From positions 23,001,504 through 23,065,503 of the forward strand of contig OZ037765.1 in the NCBI GenBank assembly GCA_964035545.1: a DNA stretch of 64,000 nucleotides. The letters run 5' to 3'. Positions 54,401 to 64,000 of this stretch are shown here, in pieces. This stretch comes from Bugula neritina (taxonomy: Eukaryota; Animalia; Bryozoa). The notes below the pieces were generated by a model that searched no databases, was not told where the DNA came from, and worked only from the letters and a program-made list of their open reading frames with translations. A program made the position numbers and the translations under genes. Numbering within the stretch: position 1 is the stretch's first letter; each line of letters begins with the position of its first letter.

Positions 54401-57400
54401 AAAAGAAAATTAGGTAGCTTCTACGGTTTTTGCAAAGAAGGCACATATCATCTTTCTACTTCCTTGGTCTTCATAATATGAGTTTACAGAGTATGGACAC
54501 ATAACAACATGTATGTGGCAAAGGCTTCATCACTATCATCAGCTGATTTTCTAGCAATTATAGATGCTGCTACTTGACATCCATCCTGCCAATCTACCCA
54601 CTTATTGTCTATTCCAGAGCTGAAAGTACAGTGTTGACTTTTTTAAATAACAAAAGGAAACGATAGCTTGATTAGAAATTATATCCAGTTATATTATAAA
54701 AATTTAGTTGGCTAAACACTCTTGTGGTACTATTATGGCAGCAGTTAATTGTGATCCTGCATTTCATCAACGTTTAAATTTATTGAATTTAAAAGAACAA
54801 TTTAAATTAAAAAAATTCTTGATAATTTTCAAGCACATCATTAAAAGACTGCAAACCTTTTTATGAATGAAATAAGCAGAAGCCATAACCTTGCAAGTCA
54901 AAATTCGGAGCATCTACATTAGAAGTATTAGATTGATAGGTAGTAGAGTTGTGTAGGTATAAGTCATCACTCTAATGCCCTCACAAGTCCACTTTCTAAA
55001 ATGTACAGAATATCGGATTATTCTATATTAACATAGCATTATCAGTAAAATTACACATTATGCACTTGAATATCTAGCATATCTGCAATTGGCAATTTTG
55101 AAGCAATGTCTTTAGATAACTATTAACCACTCAGGCATTTAATTGAGTAAAAAAGCTAGCTAAGTGCAACTGAATCTATTAAAGACATTTACTATAAAAT
55201 CAATTTGAATTCAATAAATTACTTTAAAATATGAATAAATTTTTGCTTATCTTATAATAAAATTAAAAAGTTTAGACTATTTATGCATTCAGTTAGTGTT
55301 ACTACTCAATAAATAAGACTAAAAGTAACTCACTGAAAAACTAAGTCAGTCAACTATAGAATCATCATGAACTCGCATTAATATTTCATCATTATACTCA
55401 TTTACATTTAGTCACATTTATTATTTCAATTTGGTTATAGGTGATGCTTTTATCAATATGAATATGATTATCAATTGAGTTTTGACAGTAACACTAACTG
55501 TAAGCCTGCATAATGTGATAAAGATTTTATCATTATATTTCAAATCAAACTTTGAGCTAATTTAAAAATCACAAAAGCAACCGGTAGTTTGACTAGTACT
55601 AGTAGTAGTAGGCCTAATGTTAATACTAATAGTAATAGTAATCAGTAACTGTATTGACAAAATCTAAGACAGAGCCTAAAAGTTACTAAGACTAAGAGTA
55701 AGTCTAATGTAAATTAAAATTGAAATATTAACTATAAAATACATCAATAAATATAATACTATCAATATGAGCATCAAGTTTTAAGAGCAAAGGCAAAACT
55801 CAGAGTCAGACTCAAATACTAATACAGTAATACTAATACTAATAGTAATAGTAATACTAATAGTGAATTTAAAATTATTAATTACTTATACTTATACTTA
55901 TAGTTCTACTATTAATATTAATGAGCTACATTTGGTTTTACTACCAAATACCAGTAACAGTAAATCATGAATAATATTCATTATGATTATCATTATGAGT
56001 AACCGTACCTCAAACTGTGAGTCATAGTGAGAGTCATTTAAATAGTTACTAGTACTAGTAGTAGTATAGAATAGAATAGACTAAGAGTAAGACAATTAGA
56101 CATACTGATACTCCTAGTAATAGTATAAATATTATTATTATTAAATTGATAACTACAAATAATCCTGGCAACCATTCTAAGTTAGTAGCGTAAATGATTG
56201 TTTTGAGTATAATTACCTGTATTGTTGTGGTTTTCAAGTTTGAACGCTAAAGATAAAGATTAAGTTCAGCATTTATCACCAAAGGGCAAAACAGCTCAGT
56301 AACTTAAAAGCTAACTTTGGATGGAACACGATGAAAAACTAAAACTAGCCTTCGATTTTAAATATGATGCTTCTAACAATACGAAGAGAGAGGTGTAAGC
56401 TAAATTTATTTGATAAAAACTAATTTGCAAGATCTCACGCTATTAAAATGACTAAAATTGTCTTCTTTCTTTAATTGATAACTTCGCAATTTTTTCATCA
56501 TTTAAAAAATTGAAAGCCTTAGTTACCAACTTTAAATGCAATTTTAGAGCTGAAGGAATCATCAAATGCTTACGAAAGTATGATTTTTAAAATCCTTGGA
56601 TTTTTTTGTATTAGAAAAGTCTAAAATCTAAAAATTGGAAATTAATTTCAAATTTAAGTATTTCCAAATTAAACCTTCATTTACTACACTTTATAAACGC
56701 CGCCACATCCCCGGTTTTGTCGCGACTGGTCACATATATTTGATGACACATAACTATTTCACTTGAAGACATCACTTGCACTAAGTAACTTGTGTAATAA
56801 AAGTTCCTATCATCAACAATAAACCATGTTTTATGGGAGGCGATAGGAAGGAATATGTTTGCACTAAAAAAGGTAACATAAACAGCTATTGACATTATCC
56901 ACTGTGTCATTGCAATAGTTGACATGCATATAATATGATATCTAATTGCGATTATTGTTACACGATAGAATAGCCATGTGCATTGCTGTATGCTCTTGTA
57001 ATCTACTCTATACACGCATTTGAGTGGCCAAAGAGTGGCAAAAGACTCAGGAGGAAAAATAGAGAGGATGTTAGTATAATTTTTGCTCAATCTAGACTTG
57101 ACACAATACTCGTCTCCACTTGTAGTGGTTATTAAAATCATGAAAAACCAAACCCTTACACCCTTCTATAGGCCTACTATATCAGTATAGATCGGATCAA
57201 ATATATGCAACTCCAATCTTTCGGCCAGTCAAATTGTTAGGGACAGGTACTTCCCCACTATGAGTATATATAAATTATCATGTATATGTATTACAAATAT
57301 TTATGATTTAGTTAAATTTTAAATATAGTACTTTTTTTATATTTCGTTTAATCTAAAGGAATTACCGAATTTGCAGCTGTGTGTATTTTTGTGTGTTTGG

Positions 57401-60400
57401 ATCTGTATTAAATTTTATCAGATGTGAGTTTAAGTCCTGCATGCATAATTTTTCATGCAACTCCAACTTCATTTTTATATTTATATTGTCTTATATTATA
57501 TCATATAGCATGCAGTTAAAAAATACATACTATTTTAGTTACAATAACACAAAAATTCTGCATAAAAATTTTAAGCAGATTTATTATTCAATTACATTAG
57601 GTATTTTTTATGAAGTATTGATATATTTCAGTAATCTATTATCTAATAACAAATTTGTGAAAATGACAATACAGTTGCATATAACTTTGTATGAAAATTA
57701 GAAGTTGTCTTTTCTTATATTTTTAAATATTAGCAGCATTTAGGTCATCACCCTTCATTTTATAAGCTTAATGCTGCATTTATAATAATATATTGGATTT
57801 GTTAGTAGTATATAATGTATTTTCCAGCATATTCTGTTGGTACTGTCCATTCATTACAACGTTGCTATTCCCCTGAGATTAACAAAACATCAAAGCAAGT
57901 CTTTAATTTGCTAATGGTTTCAGAAATAATCATTTACTTTGTTAAATGTTCCCAGAAAGTTCCTACTGTTTTAAACATAGACTGGTCTAAAGCTGCTGCT
58001 AATGGTACTAAAATATTGAAAAATTAAACTAATATTTTGGAAAACATAAAACATTAATATAACATAATCTAAACTAAAATATGCATATCTGTGTTTTATT
58101 TTAATAAGCAATAACTTTGTTATTATCAAAAATCATGTAAATTAAATATTCTACAGTTATATTATTTTATCATGACTTAATTATTAAATAACGAAATATA
58201 AGTATGTGTGTATGATATAGGAGTAGGAAGCAAGTATTCACAACTATATGAAGGTTTTCAACTTGACAAGCAAAAAGTTTATAAGTCTTCTAGATGTTCA
58301 TAATTATTTTTCCTAGCAATGCGATTTCTTGTAGATAATTTTTTTTGAAACTCGATTATAAATTCTAAATATAATATGACAGCTCTATAATTTTAGACTG
58401 CTAATAATTCTTTTGTCACTAATCGGCCATAGATTAATTGATTCTAACTAGGAAGAAGTGAAAACAATAATTATAAAAAAGGTATAACAATATTATACAA
58501 ACAGTTTTATAGCATTAGTACGATAATAAAGTTTATAGATATTAATGCATTGGCTCATAATTTTATGATCCTAAAGTACTATTTTAAATTATCAGAGTAA
58601 AGAATATTTGTAATACTTGAATGATATTTTAGTAAATATGGCGTACACCAATGGTCTACTTGAAATATTTTACACTTTTTATCAGCAACTATTATCTTAT
58701 GCGTGGGTTTTTAATGACATTTTGACAACCTTAATACATAATGTAGGTCAAAGAACATCTAGTCACTGCTGAAATGACCAATTAGCTTGATTAGGTTTCA
58801 TTCTATATAACTAAAGCTATTATAAGCAAATCGCTACTTTTAGTATAAAACTATAGTGTGCAAACACAATCACCTAATGTACAGATGCAATCAATGGATA
58901 TTTGTATACACTGCTGGTGCTAGATAAACTAAAGCTAGTGAGTAATTACCAGCTCTGACTGCATCTTAGTAATGATCCTACCTTTAATTGACGCTGTCCG
59001 AGTGCAGTTGTAAAGAATTGCCAGCTCTCCAAACACTTTGCCGTGCCCCATATTACAAAGTTTATGCTTATCTTTACTCACTTCAACTCTGCCCTCTAAA
59101 TAAAGATTATTGATTAAAAGGAAGAAATTAAGCTAATATTTTCCTCATTTAGTTACCACTGGTGGCATACATCTAAGCTTTAAATCTTCATAGAAACAGA
59201 CTTGCATATTGGCCCATTAATTGCTCAGAGGTGTTTACATAACGCTCACAGATCACATATATTATATAGTTCCTGGTATATTTTGCTACAGTGGAATCAG
59301 GGCTAGGTTATATTGTAGCAAGAATGAGGATAGGTGCAGTAATGGAGAAATTGAGAAAAGCTTGTGTTCTATATTGGAAATGTAGCATAAGGAATTAGTT
59401 CTCGAGAGAATTTCAACCCCAGCTCCAAACCAAAATTTGATAATAAAATTAATGAACTTAGGCTCTCTCAATTTCTCCACTACTGCTCCTAAATGACATA
59501 TGGAAGGATCTAATGGGCAGCAAGGCTAGGAAGTTGAGTAAGTTAAGCTCCAATATAAAGAGAAAAATGACAGCTTAGTTGCACATAATTAGTCTTAGTA
59601 AAACTATAACAATCTCCTTACTCTATCCGCATAGCTTAGGCAAATAGTGTTGCAATACATTGCCATGTCAGTAATCAAACATACTGCTAGTATTCCAAAG
59701 CACAGTCTGATTAAATTTGCTTTAAACTCATAAATTCTAAATATCATATTTGCCAACTCAATAAACGGAGCAGTAACTGCTTGTACGTTAAATGTCAGCC
59801 ATAAGTAGGCTTAGATATTCTTTCCTTCAAAGCGTAGATAAAAAACCACATCATCTGGTATGATTTAGGAAAGCCCTGTCTGAGTCACAAACGTACCTTC
59901 CATGACATAAACCAGTGAGCCAACATCTCCCTCTCTGATGATGATGTCATCCCGGTTATACGTCACCATGTACATGCAGTCGACAATGGCCATTATCTGG
60001 CCTGTGTCCAAATTCTTCATGAAGTCATTGTCAAGTATAGCTTGCTTTATTAAGCATTTGGTGCTAAAAAAGTAAAACTTTCAAAATTAATAATCTTGTT
60101 TTTTTCATTTAGCTGTCAAAAATTCTGCATGCTAGTATACAGAGAAATCAATGGAATGCTGATACTTATACAAATCGTTAATTTACTCCTAATAACAAGC
60201 TACAAGTTGCCATCAATAAAGAGTATTTTCTTGCACGTCATGCCTAGCTATGTGTTTGAAGAAATGCAGCATATAATTATTGACAGGATGTTTAGAACTA
60301 GTCTAAGTAGTTACTATCATTTAGAGACACTACTACTAGTCTTTCAACTTGATTATTTAGTAATGCACACGAGGTTGTAATAGAGTATTATATAACTTTT

Positions 60401-61475
60401 AGAGGCAGGTCTAGATTTCAGACCTAGCATTCAGCTAACTAAAGGACTATATAGAGTATATTACCATAAACAAGCTTGCTCAACAAACAACTTAGATGTC
60501 CTATGATTGTTACTTGTGCACTAGATTAATATAGAACAGAAAAGCTTACATACAATGAAAGTTCAAAAAAACAATTTTTACAATCTGGTGTGAAAAAAAC
60601 AAAAAGATCAAAGATGCTTTAAACAGTAATTAGTACAGTAAGTCAGTAACTGCTGACGTCTTTATTTGCTTGTAACATTCAAATTTATTGTAGCAAGTTC
60701 GTTAATTGAACTTATAAAATTTTGTTGTATCTGTAGCTAGCTCAAAATAAACGTGTTTTGCCTTTTATCTAAATATAATGCTAAGTAAAAGTCAAGTGAA
60801 AAAAAGTACGAGTATAATTAGTTTGAAAATTAACAGATTAAACAATTATGCTGAAAAATATTAGTACAATGATATGTATTCATTCCTACACCTAAATTAA
60901 CATTAAAATAATACAAGTTACAGCATTAAAACTATCATAACTTACTTCTATATAGATGATTTTCAATTGTTGAAATATAAATGTTGCGGCTTCTAACAGT
61001 CTGTTTAAGTTATCTCTTATCATGTTTTTACTTTACAAAAACCCAGTGAATCGAAAATTTTTAGCTAATAAGAAATTCAAGAGATATGTGCTAACAATTA
61101 TGGAATGTATTAATAATAATTCTATACATACGCATCTGGTTTTTTAACGCTAGAAAACTTCTTTATTATAGCAGCTGGAGCAGCAGAAATTGCTATGCGT
61201 TTGTTATGATGAGGGCTAATACTTGTGTCCTGCGTAGGGTTCTCCAGCACTGCTTTTAGCATGCTCACTTCTCGTTGTAAATCGTCAACATTTTTGTCTC
61301 TATCTTCTATCATCGCTTTTAGTTCTTCAATTGTTTCATTTCGTTCTTTGATCTCTTTTAGAGCTTGAGCAAGCCCAGCTTGTAAATCTCTCAAGGTTGT
61401 CATGTTTTCTATGCCTGCGTTTATCAACACTTGAAAGAATCCATCGTCAAAAGTCCTTCCTGCTCTTAGTGACAT
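45473..61475 (-). CDS. PRKG1: cGMP-dependent protein kinase (PKG-I / foraging / egl-4 type), 696 aa, 14 exons
   Basis: Exons 61475-61132, 60063-59897, 59095-58982, 53345-53240, 51108-50967, 50805-50711, 49861-49721, 49469-49376, 48751-48612, 48277-48046, 47861-47698, 47037-46915, 46195-46066, 45571-45473. Leucine zipper, pseudosubstrate KRIAISA, c[19 protein letters not shown], c[55 protein letters not shown] tail. Confidence 0.97.
46597..46788 (-). CDS. Putative alternative PKG exon (192 nt, phase 2-2) in kinase subdomain XI
   Basis: Acceptor gtattttag and donor AG|gtaatg; open and in frame with both neighbouring exons; joined to exon 12 it reads LCR-LNPRER, paralleling LCR-EIPSER of exon 13. 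Confidence 0.6.
48385..48468. repeat. (CA)n / cacagataca microsatellite
   Basis: Directly visible. Confidence 0.9.
51504..52147 (-). CDS. Putative alternative first coding exon of PKG
   Basis: A 208-codon open frame inside an AT-rich intron ends at AG|gtagca (phase 2), matching the phase-2 acceptor of exon 51108-50967. ATGs at 52012 and at 52147 (the latter is followed by an in-frame TGA at 52132-52130). Confidence 0.7.
52203..52238 (-). promoter_or_regulatory. Candidate internal PKG core promoter (TATA box plus Inr)
   Basis: Minus-strand TATAAA (52238-52233) lies about 28 nt upstream of an Inr-like TCATTC (52212-52207), directly ahead of the alternative exon. Confidence 0.5.
53385..53471. 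repeat. (CA)n/(CACG) microsatellite
   Basis: Directly visible. Confidence 0.95.
53477..56734. mobile_element. Putative 3.26-kb non-autonomous DNA transposon with 30-bp imperfect TIRs
   Basis: Left end TGTGACCTGGCACCACAAAACAAGGGATGT; right end (reverse complement) TGTGACCAGTCGCGACAAAACCGGGGATGT; 24/30 identical; TATA on both flanks. Confidence 0.6.
59331..59491. mobile_element. MITE copy 2 (about 160 bp, TA-flanked)
   Basis: TIRs ggtgcagtaatggagaaattgaga and tctcaatttctccactactgctcc, flanked by TA; homologous to 4651..4749. Confidence 0.8.
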
Positions 61476-64000
61476 TGTTTAAGACGAATGAAGGGCATGT
61501 CGAATCTTCTAGTAGTTTTTCTTTTAAATAATTACAATGAAGCTGATGACCTGTGAGCCTGTGCTGTGTGTAGTGAATGAGCAAATAACACCAAGCCGCT
61601 AGTCACTGATTGTAATAATTGATTATATCCAGTAATAACCTCTTAACAGTCTTACATCATACTAGACCTCAATGTTCAAGCACTCTATATAGATTCTAAA
61701 GTATCCAATTTATGTTTATCTGCGATAAATTTACAACAGTTTTGTCAACCTCTCGACTTTGTAGCCCCTCTATTCTTTCATATAGCTGGTGTTATTTGAT
61801 TAAATTTTGTATATTAAATCTTCCAACAATGAAGATAACAATTTATACTAGCACGATTATCTGAGTGTAAATAAACGAAAGTGTAATGCAGGTGTTGCCT
61901 GATTTTCAATGAGTAAATTAATTGATGCAGACCATTAGAGCATAGACTAAAGGTAAACAAAGTGCTTTGTGCTAGAGGTTCATATGTTAACTGTATCTAT
62001 CTTAGTCAGACCTTCAAAGAGTTAATTTAAAGTTAAGCAAGTGAGAGGTAAATAAAAGAGACTACTCCCCTTATTAAACTCTTGCATCACTCATGCCATG
62101 ACAATTATTTAGATAGTATTTATATCAAATAGTTTTAAATGATCAAAGATTCATCAGCTTATATACAATTATAAAAAAGTAGTGCAATAATTCTGAACCT
62201 CATTCGCCATGTTAAAATGTATGTTAATGTTCAAATAGCTTTTATTTGTAAGACCTGGAAAGCTAGAAATTGTTTCAACAGTTCTTTGAATACCAGCAAA
62301 ATTGGAACAGCAAAAGCAGCTTTGCTGCTCCAGTTTTTCAATAAACAAATGAGTTGGTCTACCTACCAGCTAAATGTTATTCGGAAACTATTTTAAGGGT
62401 TCAAGTACCTCATTTTTTGTATTTGTATAGCTACATATTTTGTTAGAGGTAGGATAACTCCTATTTTACATTTTTAGCCAACTGCTGAGAGTTTTTATTT
62501 AATTTTCATCTAAAGTTACAATATATTTTTTAAAACTATAATTATAGTAGTTATATCAACACTGCCAATACAAGTTTGTTATGGAATATATTTGAATGAT
62601 TTTTTATGTTTCAGCTCTCAAAAATCAAGTAAATACGATAATAAATAAAACATGGAAGTTTGTAAAGCCACATATTATATCTTACATAAGTTTGGATTTG
62701 CCTTTTTTATTTAGTCCTAACTTAGCAGTATAACTCATTTTTAAATTTAAGGATTGAAATAGTTTAATGCTAAATTATCAGCAATATATTACTCATCAAA
62801 TAATAAATAATACTCCAATAGATTATTAACAAATGATCTTGCGTGTGAGTGTGTAATTATATGTATATAAATATATACTATATACAAGGTTTGAATTGGT
62901 CACATGACTATCTTATAGATAATAGTATGGGTGGACAATAATGTGAGTCAGAATTTCAATCTGGACTTTAAAAGTATTTGCTAAAGAACTATGATGACCA
63001 GCATCCTATGTAAGCACCTGCATTAAACAAACTATTTCTTTCATAATATCACATAAGATCTTTTATGCGTGGCAATGTTTAAAAGCAAAATTAAAAGCCT
63101 TAGTTTATTATAAATATCAACAGTGTTACATTTTTTGCAAATAAATTCACTGATATGAGCTATAGTAGGCATCAGGCATGGGAAGCCACAGAAATACATA
63201 CATATTCTTAAATAATGTATCAGTTTATATAAACAAGACAATAAGCTTACAGGTGGTTATTCCCATAGAGACATTTCAAGAATCTTATCATTCACAGTTG
63301 TCACATTTCATATGATTATTGACTGATAAATGTATTATTATGCTACATTGGCTATTAAAGTAAGGAAATTACTGCAGTCTATAAAAACTATAATTTCGTA
63401 TTGAAGGATAATATTCTATCAATGCTTGATGACAAGTCAAATTTCCTTGATTTAAAATGCCAATTCTATTAGCCTGTGAAGACTAAAGCCATTCTGTATA
63501 ATTAATATGCTTTGGCAAGGATGAAAAAGTCACGAACAGACAACTCTAATAATAAACTATTGTTCTGACTTTTATAAGTTTAATGCATATAAACACTTAC
63601 TATATATATAATAGTAAAGCTGGCCAGTTATGCTAAGCAGAAAACTTTTTAGAATATTGTTCTATTCTTTGACATTAAAATAACGTTTACATCAATGTAA
63701 TGTGTGCACCTTTTTAACTTTATAAGTAGTTTACTTAATTTGGTTCTTTGACCTTGCCTAATTTCATAAACAGTAGGCTATAAATATTCAGTAGCCAATG
63801 CTTTGCATTTTGTTACAAATTTGAAACTCTGCGCTGACAAGGACTAAGTAATGGCAGCATATTATAGTAATATCAAAAGCAATATAATATAGCTGTTGTA
63901 TATTTACATTATTAGCAGATGAAGCTCTGTATTGTTTCACAAATTCAATTGCAATTTTACTCTAAGAGAATGGACAGTCTATTGAGCATTAGAAATGAAA

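Noticed and set aside
56677-57141. 154-aa minus-strand ORF in a PKG intron
   Set aside because: No motif, no evident in-phase donor to PKG, and it runs across the right TIR of the putative transposon.

Overview
AT-rich, intron-containing eukaryotic (invertebrate metazoan-type) genomic DNA, not prokaryotic. Hand splicing with GT-AG boundaries and consistent phases recovers six intact genes: an arrestin-domain protein (+), a Rab26/37-type GTPase (-, 8 exons), a flavin amine/L-amino-acid oxidase ending in the peroxisomal signal AKL (+, 3 exons), an SNX9/18/33-type sorting nexin (-, 16 exons), a secreted fibrinogen-domain lectin (-, 4 exons) and a cGMP-dependent protein kinase (-, 14 exons). There is also an unrecognised 8-exon gene (+) that splices cleanly but carries two in-frame stops. 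Mobile DNA includes a tRNA-Thr-derived SINE, two copies of a MITE, a 3.3-kb TIR-bounded element in a PKG intron, and a 5'-truncated Penelope-like GIY-YIG retroelement in a (TA)n tract with two different hammerhead-ribozyme motifs. The most notable observations are two phase-compatible extra PKG exons (an internal-promoter first exon and a 64-codon kinase subdomain XI exon), the hammerhead-bearing Penelope nest just upstream of the lectin gene, the PTS1-tagged oxidase and the stop-interrupted orphan gene. All calls come from reading the sequence; no database searches were run.
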